Shown piece by piece: positions 48,514-57,346 of a DNA stretch of 64,000 nt. This DNA comes from Elusimicrobiota bacterium (GTDB lineage: Bacteria; Elusimicrobiota; Elusimicrobia; UBA1565; UBA9628): positions 18,436-82,435 of the forward strand of contig JACRDQ010000040.1 in NCBI GenBank assembly GCA_016218545.1, in the 5' to 3' direction. The position numbers and the translations under genes were made by a program. Under the pieces are notes generated by a model, which saw only the letters and a list, made by a program, of their open reading frames with translations, did not search any database and was not told the DNA's origin. The number at the start of each line of letters is the position of its first letter. The first letter of the stretch is position 1.

Positions 48514-50675
48514 CGGCCTTCGATGCTCTTCCTGGTCGAAAGGACCAGGGCCTTGAGACTGCTGGTGAGGGGCTGGGCCAAGGCGGCGTCGCAATCCCTG
48601 AGCGCCCCGGCCCGGTCGCCCTTGCCTGCCTTGAGCGCCGCGGAGCTGACATAGGCTGCTCCGAAGCGCGGGGCAAGGGCAGCCGCCTTCTGGAAACCTT
48701 GGAGCGCCGCGTCCGTCCTTCCTGCGTGGAAGGAGTCCATGGCTGAGTCGTGCGCCTGCCTGGCTCCGGCTTGGAGGAACCCGGCCTCGCGCAGGGCTGC
48801 CCAATGCTCGGGCCACGGGAAGGAGACGGCCGCCGCCACTTCCCGATAAGCCTTCAGGGCAAGGGCATAGCGCCGCTCCCGGGCGAGCCGGTCCGCTCCT
48901 GCCAGGGCTGCCTGGCTGGCGATGGTCTGGTCAGGCCTGCGGCGGCTGGTCTCAGCCGGGCCGCGATTGAGCGTGGCAAGCCATAGATCATCGCACTGTG
49001 CGGCCTGGGACCAGGCCCGGCTTGGCCGGTTGGCGAGGAGCAGGGCATGGGAGAAGGAATAGCAGGCAGGATAATGGCCGGGGTCAAAGCGAAGAGCGAG
49101 CTCCAGTTCCGGCAGCGCCGCTCCGGCGGCTCCTGAAGCCAGGAGTTTGGAAGCCCTGCGATAGGTCTCTTCGCCGCGGATGCGGCCCAGCAAGCTGTCG
49201 AGGTCAGGGCTCATGAGGAACCAGGCAGCCAGACGCGACTGGGCCGGGTCATCATAGAAGTCCCGGCGTCCGAAGAATCCCAGCAGTGCGCGGCTGTCCT
49301 CAGGGGGCAGCAGCTCGGTCAAAGCGTCCCGCACGATCCGGGCCTTGGCTGGAGCGCGGCGCTCGAGTTGAGGCAGGGACAAGAGGAGACGGGAGAACCG
49401 GGTCTCGAGCAGGGGCGTCTCCCTGAGGCTGCGGGCTCCGCGGCCGGCCTGCGCGAGCCCGAATTCGATCCTGGCTGTGGCGGAAAGCTCCTTGGTCCAG
49501 GGACGCCTATCCGCCACGGTATCCCATGCCTGGAAGCACATGCCAGAAAGCATGAGCAGGCCCAGCAGCAGCCTGGCAGGCCGCACCTGGCCTGGCCAGC
49601 ATGCGAGCAGCGCCGGGACCATGGCCAAGCCTGCTCCGCCAAGAGCCAGGAAGCGGGGATCTGGAGAGCGGAAATAGGAAAGGAACTTCGGGAACGGGAG
49701 CGCGTTGAGCACGGGCAGGAGGCTTAGCGCCAGCCACAGGAAGAGGAAGGCCAGCCCTCGCCACGGAGGAGGGGGAGCCGCGCTCTTCCCCCTGATGAAC
49801 AGCCATGACGCCGGGAGGGCCAAGGCCAGGACAAGGACCCAGGAGGGGATGAGACCCGAGGGGTCGAGATAGGTCAGACCATAGCCTGCGAGGAGCTTGG
49901 CTGGAAGCCAGGGATCCTGGGGCCAGGACCAGGCTATGGAGCCGTAGAATCCTTGGGCTGCCACGCCCCAGGTCAGGAGCGATAGGAAGCCCGCGAGCAC
50001 GGCCCAGGTGGGCCAGTGCCTGGCCAGGAGCGCCTTCAGGGAACGGTCACGGCTGGGCAGGAGCAGGAGGTCGTGGCCCAGGAGGACAGCGGGAAGGAAG
50101 ACGGACATCTCCTTGGCCAGGAGGCCGCAGGCGAAGAGAAGCGCGGTCAGGAACGGGGACCAGGAGCGCTTATCCTGTGCGGCCTTGAGGTGGACGAGAC
50201 TGGCTGCCAGGCAGAAGAACGCTGCCAGGATGTCGGGGAGGAAAGCCGTTCCCTCGAACGCCGGGAAGGCCAGACGGAGGAAGTAGTGGCCCGCAGCGAG
50301 CAGCGCCCAGGTCCGGTCCCGGAGCAGGAGCGCGGACAAGGCGAAAACCAGGCCGGAGTTGGCGGCGTGCAGGCCGAGCTTGAGGAGTTTGTAGCCCAGG
50401 GGGTCCGCGCCTGAGACGGCGTGGACCAGGAAGTAGCACAGGGTGGTCAGGGGGCGGTAGCCGCCTTCGCCGAACGCGCTGAAATAGGACGGCGAGCCGA
50501 GCAGGGCGAGGCTTTGCCACGTGCCGAAGGCTTCGTGCGAGAAGAGCACGTTGAGCGACTCCGGGTCGATGATCGGCAGGAACGCGGAGGGAAGGAGGAG
50601 GGCTGCGAAGGCCGCGGCCGCTCCAGCCAGCCGGATGCCCCGGGATCCGGGGAGGCCGTGCCGCGGCGCGCTCAT
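48510..50675 (-). CDS. TMTC-like membrane glycosyltransferase with C-terminal TPR repeats
   Basis: Trimmed to the ATG at 50675. GGYRPLTTLCYFLVHAVSGADPLGYKLLKLGLHAANSGLVF is the characteristic TMTC/DUF1736-type N-terminal region. The C-terminal ~300 aa are TPR-like. Confidence 0.7.
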   Translation of the reverse strand: MSAPRHGLPGSRGIRLAGAAAAFAALLLPSAFLPIIDPESLNVLFSHEAFGTWQSLALLGSPSYFSAFGEGGYRPLTTLCYFLVHAVSGADPLGYKLLKLGLHAANSGLVFALSALLLRDRTWALLAAGHYFLRLAFPAFEGTAFLPDILAAFFCLAASLVHLKAAQDKRSWSPFLTALLFACGLLAKEMSVFLPAVLLGHDLLLLPSRDRSLKALLARHWPTWAVLAGFLSLLTWGVAAQGFYGSIAWSWPQDPWLPAKLLAGYGLTYLDPSGLIPSWVLVLALALPASWLFIRGKSAAPPPPWRGLAFLFLWLALSLLPVLNALPFPKFLSYFRSPDPRFLALGGAGLAMVPALLACWPGQVRPARLLLGLLMLSGMCFQAWDTVADRRPWTKELSATARIEFGLAQAGRGARSLRETPLLETRFSRLLLSLPQLERRAPAKARIVRDALTELLPPEDSRALLGFFGRRDFYDDPAQSRLAAWFLMSPDLDSLLGRIRGEETYRRASKLLASGAAGAALPELELALRFDPGHYPACYSFSHALLLANRPSRAWSQAAQCDDLWLATLNRGPAETSRRRPDQTIASQAALAGADRLARERRYALALKAYREVAAAVSFPWPEHWAALREAGFLQAGARQAHDSAMDSFHAGRTDAALQGFQKAAALAPRFGAAYVSSAALKAGKGDRAGALRDCDAALAQPLTSSLKALVLSTRKSIEGR

Positions 50676-50753
50676 GCCAGATTCTACAAACAATCGGCGG
50701 ACGGGCCTGACATGGTATGATATGCCCGCCCGGCCCGAAGAGCCGGAGCACCC

Positions 50754-52346
50754 ATGAAGGTCCTGCACGTCTCAGACGCCGACGCTTGGACTGGAGGCTG
50801 CGGCCAGATGCTGGCTCTGGCCGCAGGCCTTGCCGGCAAGGGCTGGGAATCCCTGGTCTGCTGCAGGCCGGGGAGCAGCCTGGCCAAGGCCGGGGAAGAA
50901 GCGGGCCTCAAGGTGTTCCGGACCGGCCTGCGGCAAGACTACGACGTCGTCTCCGCCTGGCAGTTGGCCGGGTTCATCTCGCGGGAGGGAGTGGACGTCC
51001 TGCACGCGCACCACAGCCGTTCCCACGGGGTGTGTCTCTTGGCGCAGTTCTTCCTGCAGGCGCGGGGCCTGGTCAGGCCGGTGCTGGTGGTCAGCCGCAG
51101 GGTCTCGTTCAAGCCGAGCAGCAACCCCTTCAGCCTCTTCAAATACCAGTCCGGGTTCAATGACGCGTTCGCCGCCGTGGCCGCGGCTGTGCGCGACGTG
51201 CTCATCGCCAACGGCGTCCCTGCCGAGCGCGTGGCCGTGATCCACAGCGGGGTGGATGCCGAGCGCTTCTCGCCCAAGCCGCCTGATCCCGAGGTCCGCC
51301 GCTCGCTCGCCATCCCCGAGGGCACGCCTGCGGTGGGCAAGGTCGCCAATTACTCGGCCTGGAAGGGGCAGACCTGCTTCCTCGAGGCCGCCTCCCTGCT
51401 GGTCCGCGAAGGCCGCAAGGCGCACTTCATCCTGGTCGGCCGCGACACGGACGGGCCGGAGATGAAGGCCGAGGTCTCCCGCTTGGGGCTCGAGGGTCGC
51501 GTGACCCTGGCGGGCTTCAGGAAGGACATGCCCGAGGTCCTCGCCTGCCTCGATGTGAGCGTCAACGCGGCCGTGGGCGGTGAAGGGCTCTCCGGGACCG
51601 TGCGGGAGTCCATGGCCATGGGCGTGCCCGCCGTTGCCTCTGATGTCGCCGGCAACAGGGAGATCTTCGGCCAGGACGCGGAGCGGTTCCTGTTCCCTCC
51701 CGGAGATGCCGCTGCCCTGGCGGAGCGCCTGGGTTGGGCCCTGGACCACGGGCCCGAGGCCCGCTCCATGGCGCGCGCCCTAGGCGAGCGCGTCCGTTCC
51801 GAGTTCAGCGTGCAGGCCACGCTGGAGAAGACCGAGAAGCTCTATCTCAGCCTCGTGGAGGGATGCGTCCGGCCAAAGGCTGAGCCGGTCCGGAGCAGCC
51901 TGCTGACCGCGCTCAAGGCGCTCGTGCTGGCCACGTTCCAGGCAGGGCTCCTCCTGGGCCTGGTCCTGGCCGGGGTCGGGGTCGCCGGGCCTGAGACCCC
52001 GGAGAAGCTGGGCTTGGCCGCTGCTGCCGCGTGCGTCCTGGTCCCGCAGCTTCTGGGGCTCGGCGCTGCCAGGTGGCTGGCCCTTCCCTTCTGGCCGTTC
52101 CTGGCCGCGGTCCTGGCGGCTCCCCTGGCCGCTTTCATCGCCGCGCTCTCGGCCGAGCCCAAGCTCTTCATGGAGGTCGTGACCTCTGACGGGGGAATGA
52201 GCCCCATCCTCTTCCCTGACCCTTCCTGGAAATGGACCGCGCTGTTCTGGCTGGCCGGAGCCGCGGTCGGGGGCGCTTCAGGTTGGGTCCTGGGACTGGT
52301 CTGGCGGCGCTGGCCTGCCGGGCCCATGACCCGGCCGCGGCACTAG
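50754..52346 (+). CDS. GT4-family (GT-B) glycosyltransferase fused to C-terminal multi-helix membrane domain
   Basis: VLHAHH, the E(x7)E-region GLSGTVRESMAMGVPAVASDVAGNREI, then about 150 aa of hydrophobic helices. Confidence 0.85.
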   Translation: MKVLHVSDADAWTGGCGQMLALAAGLAGKGWESLVCCRPGSSLAKAGEEAGLKVFRTGLRQDYDVVSAWQLAGFISREGVDVLHAHHSRSHGVCLLAQFFLQARGLVRPVLVVSRRVSFKPSSNPFSLFKYQSGFNDAFAAVAAAVRDVLIANGVPAERVAVIHSGVDAERFSPKPPDPEVRRSLAIPEGTPAVGKVANYSAWKGQTCFLEAASLLVREGRKAHFILVGRDTDGPEMKAEVSRLGLEGRVTLAGFRKDMPEVLACLDVSVNAAVGGEGLSGTVRESMAMGVPAVASDVAGNREIFGQDAERFLFPPGDAAALAERLGWALDHGPEARSMARALGERVRSEFSVQATLEKTEKLYLSLVEGCVRPKAEPVRSSLLTALKALVLATFQAGLLLGLVLAGVGVAGPETPEKLGLAAAAACVLVPQLLGLGAARWLALPFWPFLAAVLAAPLAAFIAALSAEPKLFMEVVTSDGGMSPILFPDPSWKWTALFWLAGAAVGGASGWVLGLVWRRWPAGPMTRPRH

Positions 52347-54346
52347 GTCGGCAGGCCGTTTCGGATCAGGGTGGTCAGGGCCCCGACGATCTTCGGGTCC
52401 AGGATCCCACGGTCCGCCGAGATCTTCATCTCAGCCAGGGCCGCGGTGGGCTCCCAGCCGTCGCGGAACTGCCGGGGCGAGGTGAGATGATCGTACTCCG
52501 AGGCGACCCTGATGAGCCTTCCTCCCAGGGGGATCGCGTCTCCGGCAAGAGCCTTCGGATAGCCTGTGCCGTCGAAGCGCTCGTGGTGGCTTTCGATGGC
52601 GAGCAGGGCTTCGTGGGCGAGCTGGATCCCCATGGAGGCCAGCACCAGGGGCGCTGCCTCCACGTGGACGCGGATCATGCGCTGGTCCTGCTCCGGCAGG
52701 GAGGTCACGGTGTCGTCCTGGTTGAGGAGGTGCTCCGGGACGTTCCTCCGTCCCACGTCGTGGTAGAACGCCCCCTCGAAGACGCTCCTCTGGCTGGGCT
52801 CCGAAAGCCCCAGGGCCTCGGCCAAGGACCCCGCCAGGGCCGCGGTCACGATGCTGTGACCCATGGTGCCGTCGATGGCTTCCACCGGCAGGACGATATC
52901 GCGGTTGATGGCGTAGCGGTTGAGCCGGTCCTCGCCGAAGGCCTGCACCGAGGCCGGGATGCGCCTGTTGTCGGCGAGGGGGTCCTTGAGCCTGAGCACC
53001 TCGTAGGAGTAGACCGGCTTGGCCCGGCCCTTGAGCTTGACCTTCTCGGGCCGCTCCTGCTTGGAGAGGACCATCTCGGCCACGCGGGCCTCGATGCGCT
53101 CTCCGATATCCGGGTTGAGTGATAGGGCCCTGCGGTAGTACTCGATAGCTTGGGGGACCTCGCCGAGCTGCCCGCTTAGCTCGGCCGCCTCGATGAACGC
53201 GTCCGAGTCCGCCGGCGACCTGCCCAGCCGCTCCTGGACCTCGCGCAGGCGCAGGTCGAGGGCCGCGGTCTGGTCGGCCGAGTCCCGCTCGACCAGGCGG
53301 CGGATGTCGAAGAAGCGCGCGATCGTGGCCTGGGTGGGGCCGTCCACGCAGACCGAGCCCTCGGGGCAGATGCGTTGGAGCCGCGCGGCGACGTTGACCA
53401 CGTCCCCGAAGGCCGTGTAGGCCTTGCGGTGCTCGGAGCCCACCAGGCCGACCACGGCCTCGCCGTGGGCCACGCCGATGCGCATCTTCCAGCGGAAGTC
53501 GGGAGAGGAGACGCGCTTCTGGATCTGGAGGGCGGTCAGCACGCACTGGATGGCGTTCTGTTGGTGGTGCATGGGGATGCCGAACTCCGCCATGAGCCCG
53601 TCTCCGATGAACTTGTCGAGGTGGCCGTTGAAGGAGGTGATGATGGGCTCGAGCTCGGTGAAGAGGCGGTTCATGTGGTGCACGACCGCCTCGGGCTTCA
53701 TCTCCTCCACCGTGACCGTGAAGTTGGCGATGTCCGCGAAGAGGACGGTCAGCTCGCGCTTTTCGTTGACCAGGCGCTTGTTGACCATCATGTTGGCGAC
53801 CCAGGGGTCCACGGTGGAGTAGAGGGCGCTTTCGAGCTTCTTGCGCATGCTTTCCAGCTCGGTGTTTCTCTTCTCCACGACCATGACCTTCTTCTGGAGG
53901 TCCTCCTGGGAGCGCTTCCAGTCCTCGAGCTGGGCCTGGAGCTGCTGGAACCCGGAATCAGCGCGCTCATTGAGCCTGCCCACCAGGGCGCCGGCGAGGA
54001 TGAGGCAGCCTCCCCAGGTCAGCAGGTGGAGGTAGACCCGTGCTCCGGCTTCCTGGGCTCCGAAGGCCTCGGGCCAGGCCGAGACGAGGAGGAGCAGGGT
54101 CAGCACGACCAGCACGCTGCCCTTGACCGCGCTCCTGACGTCGAGGAAGTAGCCTGCCAGGAGCACGGGCAGGAAATAGAAGTTCAGGAAGGAGAGCTGG
54201 CTGCCGTAGAGCCAGACCGCGAAGGGGATGGAGGCCAGCAGGGCGACGATGAAGAACAGCTCGTAGTTCTTGGCCAGGCGATGAAGCCATGCTCCATTGA
54301 GCATGGACAATAGGCGGTTCTTGCTAGGTTTGTCTTCCTGACCCAT
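52343..54346 (-). CDS. Membrane-anchored class III nucleotide cyclase fused to HD-GYP domain
   Basis: N-terminal helices and a coiled coil are followed by the cyclase core LTVLFADIANFT...KFIGDGLMAEFG...FGDVVNVAARL. The C-terminus carries YHDVGRRNVPE and HHERFDGTGYP. Confidence 0.85.
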   Translation of the reverse strand: MGQEDKPSKNRLLSMLNGAWLHRLAKNYELFFIVALLASIPFAVWLYGSQLSFLNFYFLPVLLAGYFLDVRSAVKGSVLVVLTLLLLVSAWPEAFGAQEAGARVYLHLLTWGGCLILAGALVGRLNERADSGFQQLQAQLEDWKRSQEDLQKKVMVVEKRNTELESMRKKLESALYSTVDPWVANMMVNKRLVNEKRELTVLFADIANFTVTVEEMKPEAVVHHMNRLFTELEPIITSFNGHLDKFIGDGLMAEFGIPMHHQQNAIQCVLTALQIQKRVSSPDFRWKMRIGVAHGEAVVGLVGSEHRKAYTAFGDVVNVAARLQRICPEGSVCVDGPTQATIARFFDIRRLVERDSADQTAALDLRLREVQERLGRSPADSDAFIEAAELSGQLGEVPQAIEYYRRALSLNPDIGERIEARVAEMVLSKQERPEKVKLKGRAKPVYSYEVLRLKDPLADNRRIPASVQAFGEDRLNRYAINRDIVLPVEAIDGTMGHSIVTAALAGSLAEALGLSEPSQRSVFEGAFYHDVGRRNVPEHLLNQDDTVTSLPEQDQRMIRVHVEAAPLVLASMGIQLAHEALLAIESHHERFDGTGYPKALAGDAIPLGGRLIRVASEYDHLTSPRQFRDGWEPTAALAEMKISADRGILDPKIVGALTTLIRNGLPT

Positions 54347-54406
54347 ATTAACACGGCTCGGCGGGCAGTTATAGTCTAGCGTTGGAACGGCTGGCCGTCA
54401 AGGCCT

Positions 54407-54474
54407 CGGTGCCTGGCATTGTATTGATTGTATCTTTCATCTGAAAGATACAATCAATACAATGCCAGGCACCG
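54407..54474. repeat. 68-nt perfect palindrome (33-bp stem, 2-nt centre), AT-rich core
   Basis: CGGTGCCTGGCATTGTATTGATTGTATCTTTCA tc TGAAAGATACAATCAATACAATGCCAGGCACCG. It lies between the 3' end of gene 54483..56150 and the 5' end of gene 52343..54346, both on the minus strand. Confidence 0.9.
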
Positions 54475-54482
54475 TCACTTGG

Positions 54483-56150
54483 TCACTTGACCAAGGCCGC
54501 GACCCTCGGAGGCAGGGGCACGCCGAGGTCCTTGCTGAGCTTCAGCAGGCCTGCCGGGTTCCTCACGTTGCGCACCGGGGCGCCGGGCTTCTGGTCCGCG
54601 AGCTTGGCCTCGAGCTTCTTGAGGGTCTCGCCGAAGAACGCCGCCATCTCCGGCTTGGCCTTGGCGAGGAACCCGCTCTTGGACGCGCGCTCATGGGCCG
54701 AAGCGAGGTAGCCGAACGCCATGTCCGGCCAGGCGAAGCCCGCCCAATGCCGCGCCATGCTCATGTGGCCGTCATAGCTCACCTGCGGCCAATCCCTGGC
54801 TTGGGCGGCCAGCCGCTGGTCGTAGGCGGGCTTGAGGCCTTTGAAGAAGCGCAGCTTGTCCGCGGTGTCGCATTCGTCCTGGTAGAGGGACGCGACGCTC
54901 CTCCTGTAGCCTTGGAGGTCCTTGATGTAGTTCTCGTACTCGAAGATCCCGAGCTGAGGGCTCTTGCGGAAATCCATGATCTCCGGCTCCTTCTTCGAGC
55001 GCTCATGGAAATACTTGTTCTGGTTCCCGAAGGCCTCCCACTCGGCTTCGATGGGGTATTTGTTGCCGCTGAGGATGCGCTTCCAGCCGTTGATCGTGTT
55101 GGAAAGGAGCCCGTCTCCATCCTTGAGGTGCTGGCCGCGGTGGGTCAGCTCGTGCACGTAGAGCACGTCGAACTGGCCTGCGAGCTTGGCGATGACATCC
55201 GGGTTGCGTGCGAGGTAGTCCTTGAGCTTGGCCACGTCCTCGAGCCCAAGCTTGGCGGTCGCGGGGTCCATGTTGCGGATGGTCTCGGCCACGCGCTCGG
55301 AGTTGAAGACCATCTTCTTCTTGTTGTTGTCGTAATAGGCGAGGGTCGTGTTGCCGTTCTCGTCAGGGATCCTCTGGAAGGAGACCGGCGGCAGGGGGTC
55401 GGCGGCCTGGAGCACCGCGGCTCCGGTCGGGAACCTGGAGATCTGGGCATTGAGCCCCGAGGTGAACCGGGCCTCGACCTCGCGCGCCGGGATGGGGACC
55501 TGTCCGGTCTTGAGCCCGGCAGCGGCGGGCTGCGGGTTGCCCTTGAGCGCGTCATTGAGGCGGCTTAAGGGGTTCTTGAACGCCATGACCGAGTCGCCGT
55601 CTCCTTCGACCCAGTTCAGGCGTCCGAGGGATTCCGCGAGCTTGAGGGCTTTGTCTCCGAGCTCGGTCCTGAGCTTGGGATCGAGGCGCGGGTCGCTGAG
55701 CAGGGCCGTGACAGCCTCCGCCTCGAACCGCTGAGATTCCAACGAGGCTTCCTCAGCCGGCCTTTTGCGCGCGACCCCGGCGGGGATGTAATTTTCGAGT
55801 GCCTTGCCGCAGGGCTCCAGGCGCAGGTCCTCGCACACCAAGCCGATCATGGCGCGGTAGAGCTCCACCTCGGAGGGGGAGTCGCACGGCGCAGAGCAGC
55901 CTTTCTGGACTTCTCGCGCCCTGAGCAGGGTCGCGTCGAAGCCTTTGCAGGCCTCCTGACCGCTCTTGCACACGATATCCCGTGTCCCGGCCGAGGTCTG
56001 GTCGAGGGATGGTTGTCCGACCTGATGTCTCTCGAAGGCAGAGGCCATGACCCTGATGGGGTCGTTCTGCTCAGCGGGGGCCTGCGGCCAGGCAGGGCTG
56101 GAAACCAGGGTTAGGGAGAGTGCAAAGGCAAAGGCGGCTGGGCGGGTCAT
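54483..56150 (-). CDS. Secreted protein with HExxH zinc-metallopeptidase-like motif, unknown family
   Basis: Trimmed to the ATG at 56150 (signal peptide AFAFALSLTLVSSPAWPQA). It has an N-terminal Cys-rich region and YVHELTHRGQH. Confidence 0.55.
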   Translation of the reverse strand: MTRPAAFAFALSLTLVSSPAWPQAPAEQNDPIRVMASAFERHQVGQPSLDQTSAGTRDIVCKSGQEACKGFDATLLRAREVQKGCSAPCDSPSEVELYRAMIGLVCEDLRLEPCGKALENYIPAGVARKRPAEEASLESQRFEAEAVTALLSDPRLDPKLRTELGDKALKLAESLGRLNWVEGDGDSVMAFKNPLSRLNDALKGNPQPAAAGLKTGQVPIPAREVEARFTSGLNAQISRFPTGAAVLQAADPLPPVSFQRIPDENGNTTLAYYDNNKKKMVFNSERVAETIRNMDPATAKLGLEDVAKLKDYLARNPDVIAKLAGQFDVLYVHELTHRGQHLKDGDGLLSNTINGWKRILSGNKYPIEAEWEAFGNQNKYFHERSKKEPEIMDFRKSPQLGIFEYENYIKDLQGYRRSVASLYQDECDTADKLRFFKGLKPAYDQRLAAQARDWPQVSYDGHMSMARHWAGFAWPDMAFGYLASAHERASKSGFLAKAKPEMAAFFGETLKKLEAKLADQKPGAPVRNVRNPAGLLKLSKDLGVPLPPRVAALVK

Positions 56151-56170
56151 AGGGGGGTCCCTCCACCCCA

Positions 56171-56199
56171 AGTATGGGTCCGCAAACCGTTATTGTCAA
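56171..56199 (-). promoter_or_regulatory. Sigma70-type promoter candidate for gene 54483..56150
   Basis: The minus strand reads TTGACA, then 17 nt, then CATACT. About 20 nt downstream there is a GGAGGG SD, followed by the ATG at 56150. Confidence 0.4.
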
Positions 56200-56278
56200 G
56201 GGGGCGGCCCTTTCCTTAATATGGTCGTCCAGGCAAAGGCAGGCCAAGAGGATGCGCCTTGCCTGAAGCGGTGCCGGG

Positions 56279-57346
56279 TTAGGCGGTCTGCTGGCCGGTG
56301 TAGGTCTGCTCGGACCAGCCGTAGAAGCGCCGGAGACCCTCTTCGAGGGACACCTTGGGCTCGTAGCCGAGCTGGAGGCGCGCCTTGGTGATGTCCGGGC
56401 AACGGCGGTTGGGCTCGTCGGCCGGGTAGGAATCCGGGTACTCGACCACGTCGTGCTTGACGCGCCTGTTCAGCACTGTCTCGCTGATCTTGACGAGCTC
56501 CAGCATCGATATCTCGGGCTTGGGGTTGCCGATGTTGTAGGCCTCGCCGGGGAGGCCCTTGAGCAGGGCCAGGAGGAAACCCCGCAGGGCGTCGGTGATG
56601 TAGCAGAAGGTCCGGGTCTGGTTGCCTGAGCCGTAGACCTTGAGGGGGAGGTCCGCCTTGATGCGGTTGGCGAAGTTGGGCAGCACCCGGTAGTCGGTCT
56701 CCTGCATGCCGGGTCCGTAGACGTTGAAGGGCCGGATCACGGAGACCGCGGTCCCGAACTTGGTGTGGAAGATGCCGCAGAGGGTCTCTCCGAGCCTCTT
56801 GGACTCGTCGTAGCAGGCGCGCGGTCCGTGGCAGGATACGTTGCCGCGGTAGCTCTCAGGCGTGGGCACGTGCTTGGGGTCCGGGTCGCCGTAGATCTCG
56901 CTCGAGCTGAAGAAGACGATCTTGGCCCCGCTCGTCTTGGCGAGGTCGAGGCAGTTCTTGGTCCCCTGGATGGCGACCTCCAGGGTCTCGAGTGGATAGG
57001 CCCGATAATAGAAGGGGCTCGCGATCCCCGCGGCCTGGATGATGTAGTCGGGCTTCTCCTTGAACTTGAAGGGCTTGATGATGTCGTGCCTCTCGAACCT
57101 GCAGTGGGGGAACTCCGCGACCGCCGCCCCCTCCTTGCCCGCGGTGATGAGGTTGTCGAGCACGATGAGCTTGGCGGGCTTGCGGAGGCGGTGCTTGTTG
57201 AGGTGCGCGAAGGTCTCGACGAAGTAGCGGCCCAGGAAGCCGCGGCCTCCGCAGATGAGGACCGTCTTTCCCTCGAAGGCCTCGGCCACGGTCCCCAGGC
57301 CCTGGCATATCTCCGCGACGTCCGATTTGAGGAGGAATTCGCTCAT
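56279..57346 (-). CDS. NAD-dependent sugar-nucleotide epimerase/dehydratase, UDP-glucuronate decarboxylase-like (extended SDR)
   Basis: ICGGRGFLG Rossmann motif, SSSEIYG, catalytic YDESKR and GSGNQTRTFCYI. Confidence 0.85.
   Translation of the reverse strand: MSEFLLKSDVAEICQGLGTVAEAFEGKTVLICGGRGFLGRYFVETFAHLNKHRLRKPAKLIVLDNLITAGKEGAAVAEFPHCRFERHDIIKPFKFKEKPDYIIQAAGIASPFYYRAYPLETLEVAIQGTKNCLDLAKTSGAKIVFFSSSEIYGDPDPKHVPTPESYRGNVSCHGPRACYDESKRLGETLCGIFHTKFGTAVSVIRPFNVYGPGMQETDYRVLPNFANRIKADLPLKVYGSGNQTRTFCYITDALRGFLLALLKGLPGEAYNIGNPKPEISMLELVKISETVLNRRVKHDVVEYPDSYPADEPNRRCPDITKARLQLGYEPKVSLEEGLRRFYGWSEQTYTGQQTA

Noticed and set aside
54462-55568. 368-aa plus-strand ORF starting inside the palindrome.
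   Set aside because: It is antisense to the HExxH-protein gene, which has a signal peptide, a promoter and an SD. Its composition is typical of shadow ORFs.
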